This document shows positions 23,644-33,503 of a stretch of DNA of 64,000 nucleotides, in pieces; position 1 is the first letter of the stretch; the number at the start of each line of letters is the position of its first letter. The notes beneath the pieces are model-generated. The model searched no databases, was not told the DNA's origin, and was given only the letters and a program-made list of their open reading frames with translations. The position numbers and the translations under genes are program-made. The DNA is taken from assembly GCA_001818315.1 (NCBI GenBank), contig MHKF01000012.1, forward strand, positions 23,976 to 87,975, in the 5' to 3' direction. This DNA comes from Candidatus Kerfeldbacteria bacterium RIFCSPLOWO2_02_FULL_42_19 (GTDB taxonomy: Bacteria > Patescibacteriota > Patescibacteriia > HO2-48-17).

Positions 23644-24528
23644 CTATGAGATTGGTCCTTTGAGAAGACCGAGGCTTAAGCCTGCGAGAACACAGCGTGC
23701 GAACATGCCATTGGTGTTTTTCAGCACGTGTCCCTCCGGACCCCAGAGGTCGGAGGCGGGAATGATCACTGGATAGGATTTCATTTCCCTGATGTCTGGA
23801 TTGACCACTTGGCCTACCTTGATCTTTGCAGCTGCCGGTTCTTTGATGAGGGCGAGGTAGAGCGTCGGCATGTTGTTTGTGAGGCCAGGATCCACGTGGA
23901 TTGGACCGATATCAATTACTTCCTCGACATCCTCGGGACCGAGTCCGATCTCCTCGCTTGTCTCGCGCAGGAAGCCAGAGATTTTTTTGCTGAAGTCCTG
24001 GGGGCTGAAAAAGAATCCGCCTGGCAGATCGTACAGTGATTGTCCAGCGGCAAACGAGTTGGCCACTGAGAGTATGAGGTGTGTTGTTTCTCCCTCGCTG
24101 CGTACCAGAACGAGTCCTTTGCTGCCTGAGTATGGACCTTGCCGCCAGCTGAAGAACTGGTAGCGAAACCGGAAGTCATCATCCAGTCGCTTCACGCCAA
24201 ACTGGACGAAGATGCCATAGACGCGTTCTGCCGGAATGCCAAGATAGGTCATTTCCTCGATTGAAACGCCGCCGATGATTGTCGGGCGATGTGCCAAATG
24301 TTGCAAAAATCCTATGCAGTCATTAGCATCGCGCAGTTCGAAGAGTCCCAGCAGCTGAGCTTGGATCACCGGTGAACTCTTCTTAAACCAGTCCTTTTCC
24401 AGGATGGTTTTTCGGGTTTCCAGTCGGATGATTTCCGCATCTTTTGACCCTTGTGTTGGAGGAAGGTACTGTGCACGTATGATTTGCGCGGTTTCCTCAC
24501 ATGCTTGTTTCAGTTGTGTAATGTTCAT
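23644..24528 (-). CDS. hypothetical protein with a degenerate Nudix-like motif
   Basis: 294 aa with LPGGFFFSPQDFSKKISGFLRETSEEIGL resembling REUxEExGU. The SD is GGAGG and there is a 5'-UTR hairpin CCCGAC/GTCGGG. The gene has its own copy of the groESL promoter segment. Confidence 0.5.
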   Translation of the reverse strand: MNITQLKQACEETAQIIRAQYLPPTQGSKDAEIIRLETRKTILEKDWFKKSSPVIQAQLLGLFELRDANDCIGFLQHLAHRPTIIGGVSIEEMTYLGIPAERVYGIFVQFGVKRLDDDFRFRYQFFSWRQGPYSGSKGLVLVRSEGETTHLILSVANSFAAGQSLYDLPGGFFFSPQDFSKKISGFLRETSEEIGLGPEDVEEVIDIGPIHVDPGLTNNMPTLYLALIKEPAAAKIKVGQVVNPDIREMKSYPVIIPASDLWGPEGHVLKNTNGMFARCVLAGLSLGLLKGPIS

Positions 24529-24595
24529 TGAAAACCTCCGTGATGTTGATGTGTCCCGACGGTTTGTCGGGGCGGTTTCTGTTTCAAGCGCCTAT

Positions 24596-24624
24596 ACTTT
24601 ATAAGCAAAGTTTTTTTTCGTCAA
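24596..24624 (-). promoter_or_regulatory. putative promoter of 23644..24528 (TTGACG-17-TAAAGT), a duplicate of the groESL promoter segment
   Basis: AGCTCTTGACGAAAAAAAACTTT is shared verbatim with 23256..23283. Confidence 0.45.
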
Positions 24625-24670
24625 GAGCTGGAGTACCTCATGAATCTCCTACGATTTTTTGCTCATTTTT

Positions 24671-24769
24671 AACTATAGAAAAAGAGGAGGAAGACTTCTC
24701 CTTTCTCAGCACACTGTGCAGTGTCAGTGCTTCGAAAGCGAGAGTCATTCCCCTCTTTTTCTATAGTTA
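24671..24769. repeat. family-B hairpin element, copy 2 (99 bp) with a perfect 17-bp terminal inverted repeat AACTATAGAAAAAGAGG
   Basis: Core TCTCAGCACACTGTGCAGTGTCAGTGCTTCGAAAGCGAGAG. The arms covary relative to the other copies. Confidence 0.8.
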
Positions 24770-24778
24770 AAACTCATG

Positions 24779-24812
24779 TTTCACAGACGAAAGCGTATTC
24801 GGCGCCAGACCC
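24779..24812. repeat. solo family-A TIR fragment (34 bp)
   Basis: TTTCACAGACGAAAGCGTATTCGGCGCCAGACCC is the reverse complement of the first 34 bp of element 20878..21041 with one mismatch. Confidence 0.75.
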
Positions 24813-24848
24813 TTGTTGTAGTGATGTTCAGTAGAGAGGCGACTGTTT

Positions 24849-25448
24849 CTATGTTTTGTTACTTTTATTTTTTTTACTCTTCTCCTGTAACTGTGGCTTC
24901 ATCCGTCCTTCTTTTTCTAAACGATCGACCGCTGCTCTCCACTGTGCCGATGCTTGATCTATGTCATCACTTGGCGATATTAATGGTTTATTTTCTGTTT
25001 CTTTTTCGTAAGCTTCGAGTTCCTTTTTAACAATTTCAAATTCTGGATCGTATTTTTTTTCACGACTTTCTTGTGTGATTTTCCCTTCTCTTTCTAAACG
25101 ATTCACCGTTTCTCTCCAACGAGCTGACTCCGCGTTTATTTCTTCCATACTCACAGGTTCTCGTTTTGTTTTACGTCCTTTTTCTTCTTGCTTCATCTCT
25201 TCCAGAATTTCTTGTCGCACTTTTTCAATTTCGGATTGCCTGTGCACTTCTTCTTGCATTTTTTCTTGCTGCAATTTTATATTTTTCGCTCGTGTTTTTG
25301 TTTCCCATCCCTTCATTTGACTTCGCATTTTTGAGAGTATCGTTGTATCAGCTTCGCTTTCGGGAGCGAGATTTTCTTCGTCGAGCGGCGGAATGTCTGT
25401 TTCAACTGATTCGGTTTCGGGAATTTGACGTTTTGGTTTTTCTGGCAT
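24849..25448 (-). CDS. hypothetical charged protein with an internal repeat
   Basis: 199 aa, Glu/Lys-rich, with two copies of an ~25-aa repeat (SARWRETVNRLEREGKI / SAQWRAAVDRLEKEGRM). Confidence 0.45.
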   Translation of the reverse strand: MPEKPKRQIPETESVETDIPPLDEENLAPESEADTTILSKMRSQMKGWETKTRAKNIKLQQEKMQEEVHRQSEIEKVRQEILEEMKQEEKGRKTKREPVSMEEINAESARWRETVNRLEREGKITQESREKKYDPEFEIVKKELEAYEKETENKPLISPSDDIDQASAQWRAAVDRLEKEGRMKPQLQEKSKKNKSNKT

Positions 25449-25519
25449 ACATTTTGAATTACTGGTAATCTCCCTTCAGATTATCACATTTTGTTGAGTA
25501 TCACCAAGGAGGTGTCGAA

Positions 25520-25804
25520 ATGTCTGAATTTTTTGAGCTTCACCAAGAAGCTTATAGACGCGGGAGAAAATACTATCTTCAGGGTAATCTCGGTCAAGCT
25601 CGAGTGTTCTTTGTGAAAGCTATCGAGATATTTCCGCAAGGACTCGAGGCGTGGTACGGACTTGCGTTGTGTTATGAATGCGACGTGAGTTTACCGGACG
25701 CGCGTCTGCAATGGGCGCGTGTGATTTATAACAATCTTGCGGGGTTTCAACACGAAGGGGGTAAGCAAGGTCTCGTTCGACTACAATCTAAAGAGGGGCT
25801 ATGA
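25520..25804 (+). CDS. small hypothetical protein (TPR-like)
   Basis: 94 aa with AAGGAGGTG SD 7 nt upstream. Confidence 0.5.
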   Translation: MSEFFELHQEAYRRGRKYYLQGNLGQARVFFVKAIEIFPQGLEAWYGLALCYECDVSLPDARLQWARVIYNNLAGFQHEGGKQGLVRLQSKEGL

Positions 25805-25930
25805 TGTGATAACATCGAGGTCCCTCGTACTGTTTTGTTCGAATGACTGCATATAATTTTTCGTTGCGAAATTTTAAATCGGCGACAGTCCCAATTAAGG
25901 AGAAATAATATGAGGGAATACATCTATCAT

Positions 25931-27316
25931 TTATTCGAAGTCAAGTTTATTATGCGCGTGATGGATATATTTCCATTCTTTGAACCACAGGCCGATGATC
26001 AACCAAAAAATGAGTATGCCGCTCGTAAGCGTCCAGAAATAGTGATCGAAGGATCCTAAGAATATCACGAGCGCAGCGTTGAGAGTCATCGGTAAAAATA
26101 ACATACTTCGTTTCGCATGTTCTGCGTATTCTCTATACGGAGCGTGATGAGAGGTATATTGTGCGAGACTGATTCCAATCGTGATCAAAAGTATTATGTA
26201 TGCTAGTAGACCGAAAATGCCAATTTCAATCAGGATTATAAGTGGTACGTAATGCACCGGTTGATACCACCAGCCGGGTTGAGTATCGTCGATTTTTTTG
26301 TATACCGCATAGGTGTACGTTCCAAGACCAACTCCGAAAATCCATTGGTCGTCGTGGAGGAGTTGCAATGCTTGTGTGGTATAGAGTTTTCGAGTTTCTT
26401 GTGATTGTTGTTCGAGTCGCGCGTTACTTGCGAGGCGTGAAAATACTATTTCTGAGCTGCTTGCGATGAGAGTGAGGAATAGAAAAAGTATAATGCCAAT
26501 CCATTTCCATTGCCTCGCGCGATAGTGTGTATGACTTGTTGCGATTCCTGCTATGAGGAGTCCAAAGAGCAGAGCAAGCCAAGCGCTTCGTGAGAATGTC
26601 AAAAAAATTCCGAGAGTGATTATGAGACTGCCAACTGTAACTATGAATCTTTTTTTGATACTACCGCTTGTCATGACGAGTGCGCTTCCGGCAAAGAGCG
26701 TGATGAGCAGCCAGCCGGCGAGCATATTAGGATGTGGAAAAGAACCGTAACTTCGCAGGAGTCGGTATTGGCTTGTTTCGATGACACTGACGCCATGCGT
26801 GAGCGGCGATTGCGCGGCAAGACCGAGCCATTTTGTTTCTGGAACTTCTTGCATGGCAAATTGTATGTAAGCAAAGATGCTTTGGAATACGCCGGCAGCA
26901 AGGAGCGCCCAGAGAATTTTTTTGGTATGGATGTGTGACTGCTGCAGAATACCAACGAGTATCAGCCCTTCCATCAATCGTAGCCAGGCATATCCGCTGA
27001 GTTTGGAATCAAGACTCCATGTCAATGAAAAGAAGCCAATCACTGCCAAAAGCATGAATACAATAATGAGCGCGCTGTGAGGAGCATGCGGAATGGATCG
27101 GTCGTTGGTTGTTTTTTTATATTGAGCGTGACTTATGAGCCATGTCGTGAGGATGAGAAAAAAAAGAATATCAATGGCATAGAGGCTGAAGCTGCCGTAT
27201 TCCCATAGTTCATTATTCAATGTGCCTTGTGTGAGCATCCATCGCGTTTGCAAAGGCAGCAGAAATACAAAAACATATACGAGCATTGAAAGAAATGTAG
27301 ATAAGCGATGTCGCAT
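25931..27316 (-). CDS. O-antigen ligase/polymerase-family (Wzy_C-like) polytopic membrane protein
   Basis: About 12 TM segments and a FLTFSRSAWLALLFGLL motif typical of the Wzy_C/WaaL family. Confidence 0.5.
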   Translation of the reverse strand: MRHRLSTFLSMLVYVFVFLLPLQTRWMLTQGTLNNELWEYGSFSLYAIDILFFLILTTWLISHAQYKKTTNDRSIPHAPHSALIIVFMLLAVIGFFSLTWSLDSKLSGYAWLRLMEGLILVGILQQSHIHTKKILWALLAAGVFQSIFAYIQFAMQEVPETKWLGLAAQSPLTHGVSVIETSQYRLLRSYGSFPHPNMLAGWLLITLFAGSALVMTSGSIKKRFIVTVGSLIITLGIFLTFSRSAWLALLFGLLIAGIATSHTHYRARQWKWIGIILFLFLTLIASSSEIVFSRLASNARLEQQSQETRKLYTTQALQLLHDDQWIFGVGLGTYTYAVYKKIDDTQPGWWYQPVHYVPLIILIEIGIFGLLAYIILLITIGISLAQYTSHHAPYREYAEHAKRSMLFLPMTLNAALVIFLGSFDHYFWTLTSGILIFWLIIGLWFKEWKYIHHAHNKLDFE

Positions 27317-27346
27317 TCTCTAATGCGTTACGAGATTTTTTTCTTT

Positions 27347-28363
27347 CTATACAGGATGTGCTTTGGCTGGAGCATGATCGGATTTCGTTACCCACAATCT
27401 CATATACTTTTGCATGCCGGATTGTCGCATGATTGTCCGTTTTTGATAGTCCTCAATTTTCTTTTGCCAGATTTGTTGGATAGCGAGACGCTGATCATGT
27501 GCATGGAGTTTGATCAGGGTATCGTTTATTACAACACGTGTATCCGGTGCATCCGCAAGTTTTTTGAGAATCCCAGGCAATATCCATTGTTGAATTTTTC
27601 TGAGGGAGGGTTCATGACTCAAGAGCTTTGTGAGTGAATGTATGAATGGAAGTCGCAACGCTTTGAGGAGACGCGATGACACGGTGATGATCGGTTCGAA
27701 ATTTGGCAGGTAGTCTGTAATCCATTGATTGGCATCTATAAAAGTTTCGTATTGTTGATTTTGGTTGTGGATCGGCAACATGGTAGCGACCCAGTAGATA
27801 AAGTTGATGTCTGGCGAGGTAATACGTTCGTTCGTGAGATTGAAGTGTTCTGGCGTCGTGTAAAAACAAAGACAGATTTTGTCTTTTTTTTCAACATGAT
27901 GCTGTGAAATTTTTGGACGGAGTTTGAGTAGTTTTGCTGGAAGTGTTGCGAAGAATCGTGTGGACCACAACTTGCCGGAGCTTGTGAGAATCGCAATATC
28001 AAGATCGCTGTCTTCGTGAGCATTGTGGATCGCAACTGAATTCGTTATTAATATTGCTTCAACATATGGAAGACTTGCAAGAAAGCGCAGGTATCTTTGC
28101 CTTTTACGTAATTTTTTTTCTGTGATCACGTGACGTCGCAGTCGTGTGTGTACGATTTTCGAGCGACCCTTCAGGTGATACATTCCAAACGTATTTTCAA
28201 TTTCTGGATGTTGTTCGAGTCCTGCAAATACCTCTGGAATACTTGCTTTGTTTTGCCAGAGCCATTGATGTGTTTCAAGGAGGGTTAATGGATACTCAGA
28301 GAGATCAAAATAATTGAGCGTTGCGTAGAGAGCTTCTTCAAGTTGTGTCTTTGTTTGCGGCAT
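27347..28363 (-). CDS. hypothetical protein, possible nucleotidyltransferase fold
   Basis: VAIHNAHEDSDLDIAIL resembles the hG[GS]/DxD signature of Pol-beta-type nucleotidyltransferases. The gene is 31 nt upstream of the ligase-like gene on the same strand. Confidence 0.35.
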   Translation of the reverse strand: MPQTKTQLEEALYATLNYFDLSEYPLTLLETHQWLWQNKASIPEVFAGLEQHPEIENTFGMYHLKGRSKIVHTRLRRHVITEKKLRKRQRYLRFLASLPYVEAILITNSVAIHNAHEDSDLDIAILTSSGKLWSTRFFATLPAKLLKLRPKISQHHVEKKDKICLCFYTTPEHFNLTNERITSPDINFIYWVATMLPIHNQNQQYETFIDANQWITDYLPNFEPIITVSSRLLKALRLPFIHSLTKLLSHEPSLRKIQQWILPGILKKLADAPDTRVVINDTLIKLHAHDQRLAIQQIWQKKIEDYQKRTIMRQSGMQKYMRLWVTKSDHAPAKAHPV

Positions 28364-28411
28364 AAGATTTTTTTTCTTATGCTCAGTATAGCATACATTT
28401 GATTCATTTTT

Positions 28412-31297
28412 TTATTTATTTGGCAATATTCGTACGGTCTTCTTTGATTGAATACTTTTTTTCAAGAATTGGCCGGTGTAGCTTTTTTTGATGCGTGCGA
28501 TATCTCTGGGTGTGCCTTCGGCTACGATGTATCCGCCACGATCGCCGCCTTCAGGACCGAGGTCGATAACCCAATCGGTTGATCTAATCACATCCAAATT
28601 GTGTTCGATGATGAGCACGGTATTTCCTTTATTGACGAGTTGATGTAAGACCGATAGGAGGCGTTTGACGTCTTCAAAGTGGAGTCCAGTCGTGGGTTCG
28701 TCCAGAATGTAGAGCGTTTTTCCTGTGGATCTGCGGGAGAGCTCGGTTGCGAGTTTGACGCGCTGTGCTTCGCCGCCCGACAGTGTCGTCGCGTTTTGTC
28801 CTAATTGGAGGTATCCAAGTCCTACATCAAACAGCGTTTTGAGTTTTTGATAGATCAGAGGGATGTTACTAAAAAATTGCATCGCTTCTTCCACCGTCAT
28901 TGTGAGGATGTCGGCGATATTTTGATTCTTGTAGTGGATTTCGAGCACCTGTTCATTGAAGCGCTTGCCGTGACATTCATCGCATTCGACATACACATCT
29001 GGAAGAAAATGCATTTCGATTCTCGTGACGCCGTCGCCCTGGCAGGCTTCGCAGCGACCGCCGCGGACGTTAAAACTAAAACGTCCCGCTTTATAGCCTC
29101 GCATTTTCGCTTCCGGAAGCTCGGTAAACAGATCGCGAATAGGAGTAAAGACGCCGGTGTATGTTGCTGCGTTGGAACGCGGCGTGCGACCAATGGGTGA
29201 TTGATCAATGTTGATGACTTTATCGATGTGTTCAATGCCTTTAATAGTTTTGTGTTTGCCCGGCAGATCTTTCGCGTTGTAAAAATAACGGTTCAGAGCT
29301 TTCGCGAGGATTTCCGTCATCAACGTGGATTTTCCTGAACCCGAAACACCCGTGATGCACACGAATTTTCCGAGCGGAATCCGCACCGTGATATTTTTCA
29401 AATTAAATTCTTCCGCGTTTTCGATCACGAGCATTTTGTTGTTACCTTTTCGATAGCGCGTCGGCGCTTCAATAGCAATTTTTCCTGCGAGATATTTTCC
29501 GGTAAGCGATTTTTTATTTTTCGCAACTTCACGCGGTGTGCCTTGCGCAACGATTGCGCCGCCATGTTTTCCAGCACCCGGACCGATGTCAATAATATGA
29601 TTCGCTGCCCACATCGTTTCTTCATCGTGTTCCACAACGATGACGGTGTTTCCAAGATCGCGTAGGGTTTTAAGTGTGTTGATGAGCTTAGCGTTATCGC
29701 GTTGATGGAGCCCAATACTGGGTTCGTCCAGAATGTAAATAACGCCTACGAGGGATGAACCGATCTGTGTCGCAAGTCGAATTCTCTGTGATTCGCCGCC
29801 AGAGAGTGTTGCTGCTCCACGGTCGAGTGTTAGATAATCTAAACCTACGTTGTGGAGAAATCCAAGACGCGCTTTGATTTCTTTCAGGACTTGCGCAGCA
29901 ATTATTTTTTGTCTCTCGGTAAGCGTTTTTGGTAATTGCTCGAAAAATCGTTGTGCTTGTTCGATGCTCATGCTATTCACATCCGCAATAGACTTGCTGT
30001 GAATGAGTACGCTTGATGCCGTAGTATTGAGGCGTGTCCCTTTACATTGCTCGCATCGATACGAACGCATGTAGCTTTCGATTTCGGATCGGATATATTC
30101 TGATTCCGTTTCTTTGTAGCGGCGTTCTAAATTGGGGATGACACCTTCGTATGCGGTGACGTATTCTTTAATTTTGCTTGTGCCAAATTCGTTATTGACA
30201 TTATACAGCGTTTCGCCGGTGCCGTAGAGAACGAGTTCGATGTGATTTTTTGTAAGATCTTTGATAGCAGTGCGGATCGAGAATTCATTTTTTTTTGCAA
30301 CAGCATCCACGATGCGGAGCATCCATGTTTGATTGGCTGCCGTGCGTGACCAAGGTCGAATCGCGCCCTCTGCAATGCTCAAATTTTTATTCGGAATAAT
30401 GAGCTCTGGATCGACTTCGAGTCTGGTTCCAAGGCCCGTACATTCTGGGCATGCGCCGTGTGGACTATTAAATGAAAAGCTTCGCGGTTCTATTTCCGGC
30501 AAGTTGAGTCCACATCGTGTGCATGCAAAATGTTGACTGAACAGTTTGTCTTTTTCATGGGTGGCGTCGTGGACGATCGCAAGCCCATTGCCAAGTTCCA
30601 GTACGGTTTCAAGCGAATCGCGGAGTCTGCCGCGTTTTCCACGCAATTCCGGCGACATTGTGAGGCGATCGACGACAACGTCGATGTTATGCTTTTTTTG
30701 TTTTTCAAGATCAAGATCGAGCGCTTCTTCGATACTCATGAGTATGTTATCGACACGAACGCGTGTGAATCCGCTTTTTCGCGCTTCTTCAAAGATGTGT
30801 TTATGTTCACCTTTTTTATCGTGGACAATCGGGGCTATCAGCATGATTTTCGTTTCAATAGCGAGCTTGCCGATTGTTTCGATGATTTGTTCGATGGTTT
30901 GTTTGAGAACCGGAATGTGACAGTTCGGACAATGCGGTGTGCCGATGCGCGCAAACAATAAACGCAGATAGTCGTGGATTTCTGTGACAGTGCCTACAGT
31001 TGAGCGTGGATTATGCGACGTGCTTTTTTGGTCGATGGAAATTGCCGGAGAAAGGCCTTCGATGCTATCAACATCGGGTTTATCCATGAGGCCAAGAAAC
31101 TGTCGTGCGTATGCGGATAGGCTTTCCACGTAACGACGTTGACCCTCAGCGTAAATTGTGTCGAATGCCAACGAAGATTTTCCTGAACCTGAAAGGCCCG
31201 TCATGACGACGAGCTTGTTTCTTGGGATAGTGACATCTATGTTTTTAAGATTGTGGACGCGCGCGCCTTTGATGACAATATTTTCGGTTGAGTGCAT
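28412..31297 (-). CDS. uvrA: excinuclease ABC subunit A
   Basis: 961 aa with tandem ABC ATPase modules, Zn-finger Cys pairs, and [14 protein letters not shown] / [10 protein letters not shown] Walker A motifs. Confidence 0.97.
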   Translation of the reverse strand: MHSTENIVIKGARVHNLKNIDVTIPRNKLVVMTGLSGSGKSSLAFDTIYAEGQRRYVESLSAYARQFLGLMDKPDVDSIEGLSPAISIDQKSTSHNPRSTVGTVTEIHDYLRLLFARIGTPHCPNCHIPVLKQTIEQIIETIGKLAIETKIMLIAPIVHDKKGEHKHIFEEARKSGFTRVRVDNILMSIEEALDLDLEKQKKHNIDVVVDRLTMSPELRGKRGRLRDSLETVLELGNGLAIVHDATHEKDKLFSQHFACTRCGLNLPEIEPRSFSFNSPHGACPECTGLGTRLEVDPELIIPNKNLSIAEGAIRPWSRTAANQTWMLRIVDAVAKKNEFSIRTAIKDLTKNHIELVLYGTGETLYNVNNEFGTSKIKEYVTAYEGVIPNLERRYKETESEYIRSEIESYMRSYRCEQCKGTRLNTTASSVLIHSKSIADVNSMSIEQAQRFFEQLPKTLTERQKIIAAQVLKEIKARLGFLHNVGLDYLTLDRGAATLSGGESQRIRLATQIGSSLVGVIYILDEPSIGLHQRDNAKLINTLKTLRDLGNTVIVVEHDEETMWAANHIIDIGPGAGKHGGAIVAQGTPREVAKNKKSLTGKYLAGKIAIEAPTRYRKGNNKMLVIENAEEFNLKNITVRIPLGKFVCITGVSGSGKSTLMTEILAKALNRYFYNAKDLPGKHKTIKGIEHIDKVINIDQSPIGRTPRSNAATYTGVFTPIRDLFTELPEAKMRGYKAGRFSFNVRGGRCEACQGDGVTRIEMHFLPDVYVECDECHGKRFNEQVLEIHYKNQNIADILTMTVEEAMQFFSNIPLIYQKLKTLFDVGLGYLQLGQNATTLSGGEAQRVKLATELSRRSTGKTLYILDEPTTGLHFEDVKRLLSVLHQLVNKGNTVLIIEHNLDVIRSTDWVIDLGPEGGDRGGYIVAEGTPRDIARIKKSYTGQFLKKSIQSKKTVRILPNK

Positions 31298-31504
31298 ACA
31301 ACAATGAATCGCGTAGTTTTGGAAGAATCCAGCTTATTATATTCGCAAACGCGCTTTGGGTCAACGTTCATAAAAAGCATTGTGACTCCGGAAGCGATAG
31401 TACGCTCGGAGTCACGTTGTGGAAAGGAGCTGTGTTTTTGGGTATGTCTCGAAACTTCTTGATTTTGTGATGGGTGTTTGTGAAGAAGCGGTCGTGACAC
31501 AGTA

Positions 31505-31825
31505 TTATTTCGTTTGACTGTTTGATGCAAGTATTATGTCGATATCTTCTGGAAACCCTTTGGCGAAAGAAAGTTCTACTGTGATGACGTCGTCGGATTT
31601 TTCATTTCCTGGCACTGCTTTTCCTTCCAGGAAATACCACTTTGAGTCTGGTTCTCCATCCTCTGTTGCATGTTTAACGATGTGTGCGTCTCTTTCGAGC
31701 AGCATCGCTGTTTGTTTCAAGAACTGAATCAGATCTTTCCTATTCGTATTCGCCAACCCACTTTCAAAGCGCAATGTTGTTATGATTCGCGACTTCAGCA
31801 TTTTGATACTCCTTATCATGAACAT
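31505..31825 (-). CDS. hypothetical protein
   Basis: 106-aa ORF upstream of uvrA on the same strand; no motif recognised. Confidence 0.35.
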   Translation of the reverse strand: MFMIRSIKMLKSRIITTLRFESGLANTNRKDLIQFLKQTAMLLERDAHIVKHATEDGEPDSKWYFLEGKAVPGNEKSDDVITVELSFAKGFPEDIDIILASNSQTK

Positions 31826-31962
31826 TCCCCCACTATATACTAGAGTGTTTTACGTTTGTGGTATCGTAGAGAATACATCGTAGTGTGTCAAATTTTGTGT
31901 CTCTTGCATAGCCGATGTTATAGTTTCAAGGAGTAGTCCACAATTGGTTTTGTTTCGGTTGT

Positions 31963-33360
31963 TTGATGTTTTTACCCTCTATCATTTTTTATATGTTTTC
32001 GTGGATTCAAAAGAATCAACTGACGCGTGGAGCGGCGATACTTTTTGTGACTGCTTTTGCAAGTTATTTTCTTGGGCTCGTGCGCGATCGGCTCCTTGCA
32101 CATACGTTTGGTGCAGGCGTGGAGCTTGATGTGTATAACGCAGCGTTTTTAGTGCCGGATCTTTTGTTGAATATTTTTGTTGCAGGTGCTTTGCAGGCAG
32201 CGTTTCTTCCTATTTTAGGGCAAGTTTTTGTGCAGCGCGGGAAAGAAACCGCTGATCGACTCGCGAGTACTATTTTGAATACCGCGCTTTTCACGATGTT
32301 GATATTGGGAGTCGTGAGTTTTATGTTGATACCGAAATTTTCTTTCGTACTTGCGCCTGGGTTTACAGCCGAGCAAAAGACGCTTCTTGTGACTCTCACG
32401 CGCCTTTTGCTTCTTTCACCTTTGATTTTCGCTGCGAGTAATACTTTCGGTGCCATGCTCGTGAGTCGTAAACGATATCTCGCGTACGGACTTTCGCCGG
32501 TGTTGTATAATTTTGGCATTATTCTTGGTGTGGCGGTGTTTGCGCGTTGGTTAGGAATTTTTGGTGTAGTAGTTGGAACGCTTCTTGGTGCTGTGTTGCA
32601 TCTTACGATTCGGTTGCTTGATGTGCGTTCGTTATCTTTTCAGTATCGTAAGTTTTTGCACTGGCAAGACCCTGCGTTTCGAAAAATTATTGAACTTATG
32701 ATTCCTAAAATGATTGGTCATCCTGCTGAACAGCTTACGTTTTTCGCCTTTACGACGGTCGCTTCGACACTTGCAGTGGGGAGTATCACGATGATGAATT
32801 TTGCGCGCAATTTTATGAGTGTTCCCGTGAGTTTGTTTGGTATTGCGTTTGCAACGGCTACGTTTCCTCTGTTAGCAGAAGCGCGTGCTTCTTTACAACG
32901 AGAGCAATTCTGGCAGTATGTGCGCGACGGTGCCCGAAAGATTTTGTATTTCACGATACCTTCTGCGGTTGTATTTGCATTATTCAGTAGTGTGATTGTT
33001 CGTAGTTTTCTTGGCAGCGGGAAGTTTGATGCATCGGCGGTCACGGGCACGGCAATGCTCTTGAGTATTTTTGCTTTGAGCGTTCCTCTTGAGAGTATTG
33101 CGCATTTGCTCGCGCGTAGTTTTTACGCACTGCAGAATACTTGGTTTCCGGTACTTTGTTCTCTTATCGGATTTGGTGTTGCGAGCGGTGTTGCGGCGAT
33201 ATTAGCAAAGCAGTTGGGCCTTTCATCGCTTGGCTGGGGATTTTTTGTCGGGAGTATATCGAAAGTGTTGTTATTGATTTTTGTCCTGCGGTATCGATTT
33301 CACCGAGCGTTTGCCGTCGCGACGGCTGTGGACAAAAATGGTATTGACACACTACCATGA
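31963..33360 (+). CDS. murJ: lipid II flippase MurJ/MviN
   Basis: 465 aa, 12-14 TM segments, and a conserved N-terminal region (LLAHTFGAGVELDVYNAAFLVPDLLLNIF). Confidence 0.85.
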   Translation: MMFLPSIIFYMFSWIQKNQLTRGAAILFVTAFASYFLGLVRDRLLAHTFGAGVELDVYNAAFLVPDLLLNIFVAGALQAAFLPILGQVFVQRGKETADRLASTILNTALFTMLILGVVSFMLIPKFSFVLAPGFTAEQKTLLVTLTRLLLLSPLIFAASNTFGAMLVSRKRYLAYGLSPVLYNFGIILGVAVFARWLGIFGVVVGTLLGAVLHLTIRLLDVRSLSFQYRKFLHWQDPAFRKIIELMIPKMIGHPAEQLTFFAFTTVASTLAVGSITMMNFARNFMSVPVSLFGIAFATATFPLLAEARASLQREQFWQYVRDGARKILYFTIPSAVVFALFSSVIVRSFLGSGKFDASAVTGTAMLLSIFALSVPLESIAHLLARSFYALQNTWFPVLCSLIGFGVASGVAAILAKQLGLSSLGWGFFVGSISKVLLLIFVLRYRFHRAFAVATAVDKNGIDTLP

Positions 33361-33503
33361 GATGCTACGATGAAATCACAAAGACGATGGTCGTCTTCGT
33401 AAAGAATTCTTATGATGAGGATTCTTTCTCTGACGCTCTTTTCATTTCCCAAACCCTGATACGCTTCATCACCCATTGAAGCGTATCGCAAAAGGAGTAA
33501 ACC

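Noticed and set aside
24528-24770. ORFs spanning B elements (24528..24770 +, 54247..54603 -, 57444..57941 -), all translating …LSTLCSVSASKAR…
   Set aside because: The shared peptide is just a read-through of the conserved repeat core in one frame, and the copies differ outside it. Conservation is at the nucleotide and structure level.
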